Source: an uncultured archaeon (GTDB lineage Archaea; Asgardarchaeota; Lokiarchaeia; Sigyniarchaeales; SOKP01). Taken from it: a stretch of 64,000 bases of DNA. The notes beneath the pieces are model-generated. The model was given only the letters and a program-made list of their open reading frames with translations, was not told the origin of the DNA and did not search any database. This document shows, piece after piece, positions 40,018 through 49,752 of the stretch (position 1 is the first letter of the stretch; the number at the start of each line of letters is the position of its first letter). Made by a program: the position numbers and the translations under genes. Where the stretch lies: assembly GCA_964583985.1 (NCBI GenBank), contig CAZOYD010000004.1, positions 18,809 through 82,808 on the forward strand. Reading direction: 5' to 3'.

Positions 40018-41403
40018 TTAGTTTAAATTGGATACTAAAATCGATAATTCTTCTATCATTTGCTTGGATTTCTTAGGATCACTTGATTCAGATGATATAA
40101 GAATTGAATCCCGATTTAACGCGACTTTAATGGTTGAACTAACTTCATTATCAATGATTTTTAATTCATTGATAATATCATGATATTTAAAACCATGATG
40201 TTCAGCAAATTTAATTAATTTATTATGAATTGATTGAATTATGCTAGAAGAGACTGGAATTGTTTTATTTACCTTAATACCTTTAGGAAAACCTCTTGTT
40301 AATGAACTTAAGGTATCATTTTCTTTTGTCATTATTTCTAAAATTTTTAATAATATAAAATTTCCATCTGAAAATGGTGCGTATTGGGGAAAGTAAAATT
40401 TCATGGTATCTGCTGCAGCAAAACAAGCTCTTTCTTCTCTGATCTGCCTCGATATTTCTCCAGGATCATTTTCAACTTGCTTAATAGGATATCCGTTATC
40501 TTCTACATATTTTTTAATAACGGGTGAGAGAGATTGGGTTGTAATGATGGTATTGGACTTAGATTTTTTTATTCGATCATCATAAGTGATAAAAAGCATG
40601 AGTAGATCTTCAAAAGTAACTTCTAAACCGTTATCATCCAATACTAAAATTCTAGAACCATCAACATCAAAACATATCCCCAAATGACTATGAGATGCTT
40701 TGACAATTTCTGCGGTATTTCTTATGGTGTAAATACTCGGTACTGGAATTTCTGATCGTTCCCTATAATGTGTGTTAAGAGCAATGACTTCTACTCCAAC
40801 GTCGTTAACAAGTAATGGTGTTATCCTTCCTGTAGGACCGTAGGAACAATCAACCACAATTTTTAAATCAGCATTTTTAATTCTTATTTTATCAACAAAT
40901 TGTTGTAAAGACTTAATATAGACATCTTGTGTTTGCGGAATTGCTGTAATTTGACCAATTTTACTGGGTTCCACTCTTCTTACACTATCAGGATAAGTGT
41001 TATATGCTTCGATAATCCTTTGAATCTCTGATTTAGAAAACTCGATGCCTCCAGCGTCAACAAACCTAATACCAACATCTTCACTATATAAGTGTCCTCC
41101 CGAGAAATAAACGCCTCCACTAGCTCCAAACCTTCTAATTGTAAATTGAAGCAATGGATACGTGCAATCACGTAAATTCAAGACATTAACACCAGTACTC
41201 ATAACTCCAGATGTGTATCCTCGCTTTAACATTCTACTATCATTATGATAATCGCGTCCAATGACTATAGTTTCATTCACGTTAAATAAACTACCATGTA
41301 TAGATCCGATTGAGCTTGAAATTTCTGGCGTGAAGATATAGTTTGCCCTTCCAATTATTCTACCGTTTTTATTAAGTTCATTAAGGTTTTCAACCATTTT
41401 CAT
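40018..41403 (-). CDS. phosphohexomutase-superfamily protein with divergent active-site loops
   Basis: 461 aa. Four-domain PGM/PMM layout, but the Ser loop reads GGVYFSGGHL (not TASHNP) and the metal loop reads CFDVDGSR (not DGDADR). Confidence 0.6.
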   Translation of the reverse strand: MKMVENLNELNKNGRIIGRANYIFTPEISSSIGSIHGSLFNVNETIVIGRDYHNDSRMLKRGYTSGVMSTGVNVLNLRDCTYPLLQFTIRRFGASGGVYFSGGHLYSEDVGIRFVDAGGIEFSKSEIQRIIEAYNTYPDSVRRVEPSKIGQITAIPQTQDVYIKSLQQFVDKIRIKNADLKIVVDCSYGPTGRITPLLVNDVGVEVIALNTHYRERSEIPVPSIYTIRNTAEIVKASHSHLGICFDVDGSRILVLDDNGLEVTFEDLLMLFITYDDRIKKSKSNTIITTQSLSPVIKKYVEDNGYPIKQVENDPGEISRQIREERACFAAADTMKFYFPQYAPFSDGNFILLKILEIMTKENDTLSSLTRGFPKGIKVNKTIPVSSSIIQSIHNKLIKFAEHHGFKYHDIINELKIIDNEVSSTIKVALNRDSILISSESSDPKKSKQMIEELSILVSNLN

Positions 41404-41609
41404 CCGATTTTTTTACATGTTTAATTGGATATTATAAATAATAAAACCTAATTTAATAATGGCTAAGAATTTCTCAATCTTCAATAATTTTACTAATTTT
41501 TATACCAATAATAAATAGTAAATAGCTAATTAAGTATTATTACATATATTGGTCATATAGAAACGTATTTGAAAATAGAACTGAATTTAATATAAGTGTT
41601 TAATAAGAA

Positions 41610-44600
41610 ATGAAATTATCAATAAAAGCAAGGAAACAATACCAACTTGACGACTTTTCCTTTTCTCCGAGTGGTAACGTCCTTTTTGCTGGGGATATTT
41701 ATTCCGTTCGAAAGTTTATCCAAAAAATCAATCAAACAAAAGATCTTATTAGATTTCCTGAATTAGGTTTTAAAACGGGAAACTTTAATGGAATGGCTTT
41801 AATTTATAATATTCAAGAACATATCCTTGAATTATATAAAAAAGAAACAGAAACTCCTGAATTAATGAAAGATCTCTACGTCTATCTCAGTAGGAAATTT
41901 AATGAAAAGGAAATAGAAGATAGTTTAAGAACTTTCATTGATGAATTTCCTCCGGAGAGTGTATACAATAAAAAGTTAAGTTCAACTGAATATCTTAAGA
42001 GAACAATGGGAGAAACGAATAATAGTGCTTTAATTTTAGAAGAATTTATTCCAGTTTGGTTGGGAAATAATAATCCATCATTTTCTCCATATTTAGAACT
42101 TTTTAACGATGAAAAATTAGAAAAAGAAACAAAATACGTAGAAATTATTAATGAAATATATAATTTCTTTGAGGAAAAACCAAAATTTGGTCCTAAAAAT
42201 CAAAATTTAATAAAAATGTTAGAAGATCCAATAAAAAACCACCCATATTCCATTCGTGAGCAATTGGAATATTTACTTGAAACATGGGGTGAAATTTTAG
42301 GCGATTATTCTCACACTATTTTATTAGCGTTAGATCTTATAAGAGAAGAAGAAGCATTCAGAGGTTTAGGTCCAGGAAGATCTGAAGCTTATGCTTATGA
42401 TATGCTTGATGTAGAAAACTTTACACCAGACAAAGACTGGATGCCTAAAGTCGTTATGATTGCTAAAAATACCTACGTATGGTTAGATCAACTATCAAAA
42501 AAATATCACAGATCGATTACTAAATTAAATGAAATTCCCGATGAGGAGCTGGATCAATTGAAGAGATGGGGTTTCAATGCATTATGGCTGATTGGTTTAT
42601 GGGAAAGAAGTCAAGCTTCAAAAATAATAAAAAATTGGTGCGGTAATCCTGAAGCAGAAGCAAGTGCATATTCACTTTATGATTATATTATTGCGTACGA
42701 TTTAGGAGGTCAAGAAGCTTTTGAAAATTTAAAACAACGCGCTTTATATAGAGGAATTCAGCTTGCAAGTGATATGGTACCTAATCATACGGGTATTGTG
42801 TCTAAATGGATGAAAGAGCATCCTAATTGGTATATCTCGCTTCCTTATCCCCCTTTTCCTTCTTATTCATATTCTGGGAATAGTTTATCAAATGATTCCC
42901 AATATGGCGTGTTTTTAGAAGATAAATATTTTAATAGAACCGATGCCGCAGTAACCTTTAAATATGTCAATTATAATACAGGAGAAACAAAATACATATA
43001 TCATGGCAACGATGGAACAAGTTTTCCATGGAATGATACGGCACAATTGAATTTTTTGATGAAAGAAGTAAGAGAATCAGTAATACAGACAATTCTTCAT
43101 GTTTCTAGAATGTTTCCAATAATAAGATTTGATGCAGCGATGACTTTGACCAAAAAGCATTATCAGAGATTATGGTTCCCCGAACCTGGAACTGGAGGAG
43201 CAATACCGTCTAGAGCAGAACATGGAATCACAAGGGATGTTTTTCATGATGCAATGCCTGAAGAATTTTGGCGAGAGGTAGTTAATAGAATAAACAAAGA
43301 AAATCCCGACACTTTGCTCTTAGCTGAAGCATTTTGGTTACTTGAGGGATATTTTGTTCGTTCATTAGGAATGCATCGTGTATATAACTCCGCATTTATG
43401 AACATGTTGAGAGACGAAGATAACGCAATGTATCGACTAGTTATTAAGAACACACTTGAATTTGATCCCAAAATTCTCAAACGATTTGTTAATTTTATGA
43501 ATAACCCGGATGAAGAGACGGCAATTAAACAATTCGGAGATGGTGATAAATATTTTGGAATCTGTACAATGATGATTACCATGCCCGGATTACCAATGTT
43601 TGGTCATGGACAAGTCGAAGGTTTTTATGAGAAATATGGAATGGAATATCGGCGAACTTATTGGAATGAAGAAATCAATTTAGGGTTGTTGCAACATCAC
43701 GAAAACATTATTTTCCCGTTAATGAAAAAAAGATATTTATTTGCTGAAGTAAAAGACTTCTTATTATATGATTTTTTCATTGGAAATTCGGTTAATGAGG
43801 ATGTTTTTGCTTATTCAAATAGGGTGGGAAACGAAAGAGCTCTCGTGATATATCATAATAAATATGCTGAAACGAAGGGATTTATTAAGAATTCTGTAGC
43901 ATTTGTAGTAAAAGATAGTGATGACAAAAAATTGCTGCAAAAAACCGTTGGGGAAGGATTGAAATTGCCAAAAGAAGGATACTGTATTTTTAAAGATGCT
44001 ATCATGAATCTTGAATATATTAGACGAAATAATGATATTCATCATCAAGGTTTATATGTGGAACTACATGCTTATCAAACTCTTGTATTTGTGGATTTTA
44101 GAATAGTTCAAGATAATGAGTTTTTCCATTATGCTCAGCTTTATGATTTTTTAAATGGAAAAGGAGTATATGATATAGATGAAACACTCACATCCATTAT
44201 CTATAGACCATTACATTCCCCAATTGAAGAACTAGTAAATGAAGATATCCTACACAAAATAATTAACAATACATTGAAAGATTCCGAAAGAAAAAAATAT
44301 CGTAATATTCTCAAGACCTTCTTATTTGAAGTTAAAAAATATTCAAGCAGTAACAAAAATGTAACACCCGTATATAATCAAATTTTAAACGACATTTTAT
44401 CCGCCTCAAATTTAGAGAGTGTGTTTAAAGATTATCTGAAAGATGATAAAATTAAATTTTTAATTGAAAAACTAATTCCATTGAATACAATTGATTGGGG
44501 GATACTTTATTCTTGGATCGTAATCCGTCCGCTTGGAAGAATTATTTCTGATGAGGATTATGAGTTAAGGAGTCGTAGTTTAGTAGATGAGTGGCATATC

Positions 44601-45002
44601 ACAAAATATATTTACTTATTGCTTAAGCAATTACAGAAAGATGATGTTGAAAACATTTCAGAATCGATTTTAGTTGTCAAATTACTCCTAATTTACCAAA
44701 ATTGGTTTACTAAAATCCAAATGAATGTATATGATGAATCATCAATCTTCAATATATTGTTTAAAGATCCTGAAATACAACAATTTTTACGATTTAACAG
44801 GTATCAAGATATTTTATGGTTCAATGCAGAATTTTTCGAAACTTTAACCAGATGGCTTTCAATAATAGCCATCATTAATCTTTTAAGTAATGGTGGTGAG
44901 TTACCTAAAAACCTACAGATATTAACAGATTTGCATCAAAAATGGAGGGAAACAGCAAAAACTTCAAAATATCAAGTTAATTTGTTTTTAGAAAATCAAT
45001 AA
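41610..45002 (+). CDS. large GH13-like glycosidase with long N- and C-terminal extensions
   Basis: 1130 aa. Central GH13 regions I ASDMVPNH, II IRFDAAM, III LLAEAFW, IV FMNNPDE. Confidence 0.75.
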   Translation: MKLSIKARKQYQLDDFSFSPSGNVLFAGDIYSVRKFIQKINQTKDLIRFPELGFKTGNFNGMALIYNIQEHILELYKKETETPELMKDLYVYLSRKFNEKEIEDSLRTFIDEFPPESVYNKKLSSTEYLKRTMGETNNSALILEEFIPVWLGNNNPSFSPYLELFNDEKLEKETKYVEIINEIYNFFEEKPKFGPKNQNLIKMLEDPIKNHPYSIREQLEYLLETWGEILGDYSHTILLALDLIREEEAFRGLGPGRSEAYAYDMLDVENFTPDKDWMPKVVMIAKNTYVWLDQLSKKYHRSITKLNEIPDEELDQLKRWGFNALWLIGLWERSQASKIIKNWCGNPEAEASAYSLYDYIIAYDLGGQEAFENLKQRALYRGIQLASDMVPNHTGIVSKWMKEHPNWYISLPYPPFPSYSYSGNSLSNDSQYGVFLEDKYFNRTDAAVTFKYVNYNTGETKYIYHGNDGTSFPWNDTAQLNFLMKEVRESVIQTILHVSRMFPIIRFDAAMTLTKKHYQRLWFPEPGTGGAIPSRAEHGITRDVFHDAMPEEFWREVVNRINKENPDTLLLAEAFWLLEGYFVRSLGMHRVYNSAFMNMLRDEDNAMYRLVIKNTLEFDPKILKRFVNFMNNPDEETAIKQFGDGDKYFGICTMMITMPGLPMFGHGQVEGFYEKYGMEYRRTYWNEEINLGLLQHHENIIFPLMKKRYLFAEVKDFLLYDFFIGNSVNEDVFAYSNRVGNERALVIYHNKYAETKGFIKNSVAFVVKDSDDKKLLQKTVGEGLKLPKEGYCIFKDAIMNLEYIRRNNDIHHQGLYVELHAYQTLVFVDFRIVQDNEFFHYAQLYDFLNGKGVYDIDETLTSIIYRPLHSPIEELVNEDILHKIINNTLKDSERKKYRNILKTFLFEVKKYSSSNKNVTPVYNQILNDILSASNLESVFKDYLKDDKIKFLIEKLIPLNTIDWGILYSWIVIRPLGRIISDEDYELRSRSLVDEWHITKYIYLLLKQLQKDDVENISESILVVKLLLIYQNWFTKIQMNVYDESSIFNILFKDPEIQQFLRFNRYQDILWFNAEFFETLTRWLSIIAIINLLSNGGELPKNLQILTDLHQKWRETAKTSKYQVNLFLENQ

Positions 45003-45028
45003 TTATATTTTTTTGGCTGTAGCATTGT

Positions 45029-45481
45029 CTAGAAAGGAGTAAATAGATAGAATCCTCCTGTTAATATAATTCCCATAAAAAAATAAATCCCTATAATTAT
45101 AAAATAACTTAATATCTTTTCAGTTATTAACACTATAATAGCTACTACGACAGAACTCAAGTACTCCTTCGCATAAAAAAGATGTATCACAAACATTCCA
45201 ATAATTACATCCATGATAAAAATTGATAAACCTACTATGAGGTATATTGAAGTCATCTCATCAACAGTTATGCCAAATTCTATAAAGAGGGCAGGTGCAA
45301 TAAAAATTATGAGCAAATTTAATATGATTACGATGACGACCCATACTAAATTAGCTATAAAGCCTCTTCTAATATTGCTTTCCCATTTTAATCGTGATGC
45401 TAGCCAATTAGTATAAATTGCTCGTAAAATCAAAATTATTATTATTACGACGATATCTATAAAAATACTAATAAGATCCAT
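45029..45481 (-). CDS. small 4-TM membrane protein (tandem paralogue 1)
   Basis: 150 aa. Topology and C-terminal GGF motif shared with the 45537..46013 product. Confidence 0.5.
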   Translation of the reverse strand: MDLISIFIDIVVIIIILILRAIYTNWLASRLKWESNIRRGFIANLVWVVIVIILNLLIIFIAPALFIEFGITVDEMTSIYLIVGLSIFIMDVIIGMFVIHLFYAKEYLSSVVVAIIVLITEKILSYFIIIGIYFFMGIILTGGFYLFTPF

Positions 45482-45536
45482 AATTTCATTCCTTTATTGA
45501 TTTTTAATTTTTATGCTTTAGTTTAATCAATTGAAT

Positions 45537-46013
45537 TTAGAGATATTGAAAATTATAAAAATTATAAAATATGATAAATCCTCCACTAGTAAAGTAAAAA
45601 ATGAAAGTTAATATGCTAGCGATTATAATTAGAATAAAAACTTGGATTGATATTACTGCTAAAGTAATAAAAATCGCGTCTTTATATCCACTTTGGTAAA
45701 AATATTTAATTAGGAGCATGATGATTATAAAATTCAGTAGTAATCTTACTATTGAAGTTATAATATTGGTAAAGTTAACTAACTCCATATCGAAACCAAT
45801 AAGATATAGATAACTTATTAATAAATTAGTAAGATAACCTAAAATAAAGTATCCAATTATAAACCAGATTACAATGATTATAATAGCGGGTTTATACGAT
45901 TTCCGGTACTCTAATTTATCTGTGAAGAACTTTATTAAATATATTCCTCCTAAAAGGACTATAATGCTAAAAATAGCATAAATTAATGTATAAATATAAG
46001 TTATCTCTGACAT
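45537..46013 (-). CDS. small 4-TM membrane protein (tandem paralogue 2)
   Basis: 158 aa. Similar layout to the neighbour (IKYFYQSGY vs IHLFYAKEY; SGGFIIF vs TGGFYLF). Confidence 0.5.
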   Translation of the reverse strand: MSEITYIYTLIYAIFSIIVLLGGIYLIKFFTDKLEYRKSYKPAIIIIVIWFIIGYFILGYLTNLLISYLYLIGFDMELVNFTNIITSIVRLLLNFIIIMLLIKYFYQSGYKDAIFITLAVISIQVFILIIIASILTFIFYFTSGGFIIFYNFYNFQYL

Positions 46014-46175
46014 GAAGTTATCAGTATCTTGAATTGGTTATTTAATTTCTAAATACGTGAATAATATCTTATTTAAAAATATTATCCTAAATAAAATCCA
46101 TGCATTCCCATATTCTGAATATTAGTATAAAAATCGAAGATTTATGCATCTCAAATAAATTAGGTATATTTTTAA

Positions 46176-47390
46176 TTATATATTAGTACCAAGTTCAAGG
46201 GTTTGATCGCGAAGCTGTGAATCATTACTCACCTTGCAATTGGGAGCAATAATCGCATTTTGTAACACAACATTATCTCCTATTATACAATCATTGCATA
46301 TAATCGAATCTGCGATAATACAACCTGCTCCAATATTGACATTATCCCAGATAATGCTTTTCTCAATTATGGTATCTTCACCAATTTTAACTTGATTTCC
46401 AATTGATGTTAATTCTTTAATCTTTACTCTATTCGAGAGATGAACTAGTTCTCCAAAACATGATGGTTTTTCTATTATGGTATTATGACCTGAATCTATC
46501 AATCCCATGACGTAAATATCATCGTAATCATCTCCATTAGGGGTAATGGGCCACGCATATTTTCGCATGAGGTCCCAATTCACCCATTTATACGTTAATA
46601 TATTTCCACAATCCAACCAATAGTATTCCCTGACAAAACCATATAGATCATTATTGTTTTCAAGCAAGTATGGAAACACTTCCCCACCAAAATCTATGAG
46701 ACTAGTGCTATCAAGAATGTCTGCGATTTTTTTTTTAAAACAATAAATCCCCGTATTTATGATGTTAGTATAAAGAAATAAATCAGCTCTTTGTGACACG
46801 CTGCTCAAATATAATTCCATTGGTGCTGGTTTTTCTAAAAATAAATAAATTTTTCGGTTCTTGTCCAATAAAACAACGCCATATTGGCTAGTATGACTTT
46901 CGCTTTTTTTCATTGAAATCGTCGCTATTCCTCCTTTTTCAGCGTGAAAATTCATAAAATCTTTTGCTGGAAGATTGGTAACTATATCAGCCATGCTGAC
47001 GACAATGTTTTCAGAATCAACTTTATCTTCCAGCATTCTATATGCATCAGCTGTCCCCTTACTCTCTTGAACTTCACATTCTAATTCTACATCTCCCAGT
47101 TTATCAGCAGTCCAAGTTTCTTCAATGTAATTTTTCATTTTTTGACCTTTATAAGCCAAAGCAAGGATGATATGCTTGATATCGGCATAAATCAAATGTG
47201 CAATTGAATAATCAACCATTGGTTTATTCGTGACCTTTACTAATGGTTTTGGTACTAGTGATGTTAATGGCATGAGTCGTGAACCTTTACCACCAGCAAG
47301 GATTATCGCTGACCATTCCCTCAAATTGAATCGCTCAAATGTTTTCTCAATATTTATATGTATGCTTTTAGTTATAAATCTAATTTTCAT
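46176..47390 (-). CDS. sugar-1-phosphate nucleotidylyltransferase with C-terminal left-handed beta-helix
   Basis: 404 aa. AIILAGGKGSRLMPLTSLVPKPLV signature. C-terminal hexapeptide-like repeats (IGEDTII..., IGAGCII..., IGDNVVL...). Confidence 0.8.
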   Translation of the reverse strand: MKIRFITKSIHINIEKTFERFNLREWSAIILAGGKGSRLMPLTSLVPKPLVKVTNKPMVDYSIAHLIYADIKHIILALAYKGQKMKNYIEETWTADKLGDVELECEVQESKGTADAYRMLEDKVDSENIVVSMADIVTNLPAKDFMNFHAEKGGIATISMKKSESHTSQYGVVLLDKNRKIYLFLEKPAPMELYLSSVSQRADLFLYTNIINTGIYCFKKKIADILDSTSLIDFGGEVFPYLLENNNDLYGFVREYYWLDCGNILTYKWVNWDLMRKYAWPITPNGDDYDDIYVMGLIDSGHNTIIEKPSCFGELVHLSNRVKIKELTSIGNQVKIGEDTIIEKSIIWDNVNIGAGCIIADSIICNDCIIGDNVVLQNAIIAPNCKVSNDSQLRDQTLELGTNI

Positions 47391-47494
47391 TGAAATATAA
47401 AAATTATCAAAATAGAATATAAACCTAAAATCAAATGTACACAGAAATTTTAGTTCACTTGAACATAATAAAAATTAAGTTTTTTTTTCAATGT

Positions 47495-48796
47495 TTATTG
47501 ATCTTGTTCTTCCAATGCTTTACGTATTTCAGCAGCAGCTCTATGAGGTAATTTTAGTGCAACACGCATATCATCAACCATTTCTGCTCCTCCTATAACT
47601 TCATGTGGTATGATATCACCAAACATGTGGAAATTTGCATCATATCCATAGGGGCAGCAATTGAATAAGATATTTCGATTTTCATCGATTTTAATATCAT
47701 CAAGAGCTTTAAAGACTAATTTCATTGATTTGGCTAGATCTTCCATCTGATTTATTTTTAATTGAGAGAAGCGGCGTAGATGCTCATTTGGATGAAATCT
47801 AATGTGATAATTTCTAATGGGACTTCCAGCAGTATAATAAGTCCAAAATTTCGTTTTTAATATAATGCGATCCGTATCGCCATGTGTTGTTTCACAGAGA
47901 TGACAATTTTCACCCATATTTTTGAAAGCTTGCAGATGTCCTTCCAAACGAGAACCATGACCATCACCGTTAAGATCAATATATACTTGACTATGAATTC
48001 TAGGTTGGCTTCCACCCACTTCACTTCCTATATTAAAAAATGGAGCTACTGGAATGTCAAAATAATCTCGTTCGATAGCTTCTAAAATACAATACAGTAT
48101 CGCTTCTTTCATGGATAAAAAGATCCCGGTTAGCACCTCATAAGGTATTAGATCAAAGCATAAAGAGGGGTAAAAATTTCGTGATATTGTTACCAAATTG
48201 ATTCCACGTGCTAATTTTAAGTGTTTAGGTAATTTTTCTTTAATGTAAGCATCGATTTCTGGATCAATAACACGAGCCATTGCAGGGTAACGATTAATTA
48301 AAGTCAATGCTTTACATTTTTCTGAAATCTTTTCAATCTTAGTAAGAGAAACTGAAAAAGGGTTACTCTTTTGCGTTTCATCTTCAGTAATGATTAAAGT
48401 GTAATAATCACCAGGATCCTTTTTTAAATCGTAATTAAGTGGAATTCCTTCGGTAGTTGCTGTAAAGACATCTTTGTATTCCTTCCAAAATGAATTTGAA
48501 CATTTTTGCATGGAACTCTTCTTTTCGATCGTTTGATACCCTTTGGGTCGTTGGCCTCGAATAGGTGAGAGATATGCATAATGTCCATAGTATCGTTCTT
48601 TCTGTTTGTGTAATCCAAATTCATCAGTCGTTCGCGTAATTGTTGATAAAGGATCCCATCTTTTAATTGGGATCTCATAAATATCCTTAAAATTTTCTTT
48701 TGAAATGATTCCATATTCCATAAATCTTGGAGAATATTCTATTTTATCAATTATCGTCGGAATAATGCATACCTCATTAGAATGATTAATATCCAA
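47495..48796 (-). CDS. galactose-1-phosphate uridylyltransferase-like (HIT-superfamily GalT branch) protein
   Basis: 433 aa. LSPIRGQRPKG (GalT SP.R..RP) and GGSQPRIHSQ aligned to the GalT PHPHGQ active site. The region after the active site resembles the GalT C-half. Confidence 0.55.
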   Translation of the reverse strand: MDINHSNEVCIIPTIIDKIEYSPRFMEYGIISKENFKDIYEIPIKRWDPLSTITRTTDEFGLHKQKERYYGHYAYLSPIRGQRPKGYQTIEKKSSMQKCSNSFWKEYKDVFTATTEGIPLNYDLKKDPGDYYTLIITEDETQKSNPFSVSLTKIEKISEKCKALTLINRYPAMARVIDPEIDAYIKEKLPKHLKLARGINLVTISRNFYPSLCFDLIPYEVLTGIFLSMKEAILYCILEAIERDYFDIPVAPFFNIGSEVGGSQPRIHSQVYIDLNGDGHGSRLEGHLQAFKNMGENCHLCETTHGDTDRIILKTKFWTYYTAGSPIRNYHIRFHPNEHLRRFSQLKINQMEDLAKSMKLVFKALDDIKIDENRNILFNCCPYGYDANFHMFGDIIPHEVIGGAEMVDDMRVALKLPHRAAAEIRKALEEQDQ

Positions 48797-48902
48797 TCAG
48801 AAAACAAATTTTAAATATTTATTGAATATAATTAATTGAAATAAAAATAAAAGATAGAAAGAAAATTAATTATTATATATTTAACGATTTTTAACAAAAC
48901 AA

Positions 48903-48919
48903 TTTGTTCATTGAACAAA
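48903..48919. promoter_or_regulatory. 17-bp palindrome TTTGTTCA-T-TGAACAAA between the RHH gene and the GalT-like gene
   Basis: Read directly. The half-site TTTGTTCA recurs at 49650-49657, upstream of the RHH gene. Confidence 0.25.
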
Positions 48920-49006
48920 ATTCTAAAAATGATTAATGGACACATTAGTATAAAACTTAACAGTATTTGGTTATAAAATAGAAAAAAAAAGGGAGGAATA
49001 AAAAGC

Positions 49007-49306
49007 TTAAGACTTAATGTCTAATCTCTTCACAATTTTATACGTTTTAAAAGTTTGGATGGGTTCAGAATTTTCATTAATACTTGTGTTCGGAACACGA
49101 ACAAAATTCTCATCATCAAAATCATCCAAATTGCTAAGATCGCCGATTTTTGCCATCTTATTAGCTGCTGACAATTCTCTTATTAAAAATTGTCGTACTG
49201 CACATCGAATAAGCTCGGATCGTGAAGGATATAGGCCATTTTCCCCGATTAACTTGTTTATGGCATCTATATAACTTTCAGGGACGTTAACTGTTACAAT
49301 TTTCAT
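49007..49306 (-). CDS. ribbon-helix-helix (CopG/Arc/MetJ-type) DNA-binding protein
   Basis: 99 aa. N-terminal beta-strand VTVNVPESYIDAINKL plus SRSELIRCAVRQFL. Confidence 0.7.
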   Translation of the reverse strand: MKIVTVNVPESYIDAINKLIGENGLYPSRSELIRCAVRQFLIRELSAANKMAKIGDLSNLDDFDDENFVRVPNTSINENSEPIQTFKTYKIVKRLDIKS

Positions 49307-49752
49307 GTTCTCACAATCCTTCTATTATGAATTAAGTCAAAATTATCTTATGGAGAAATCCTTAGGATTTCATTTGATTTAAACCGCCTTAACCTTTGAT
49401 TATAACTTGTTAAGTGATATAATAATTTATTGTAAAATATTATTTAAATCTTTTTTTTTAACCGATTAATATGTGTTAAAAAATAAATTTTTTCCTAATT
49501 GACAAAATCTAATATTAAAAGTGAGATATAATAATTCGAGAAGATGGTTTAAAAGTTTTTTCCTTTTATGGCTACATGAACTATTTTGTTTTATCAAGTA
49601 TAAAAAGTGATAAGTAATTGTTGAATATGATTTAAATAAAAATTTAATATTTGTTCATATACTATAAAAAATTTTCAAAAATAATTTCAATTGCATGATT
49701 TTCTTGTGAATAGAGTGAATTTTATGTCATGGCAATTTTATACTTATTCTAA

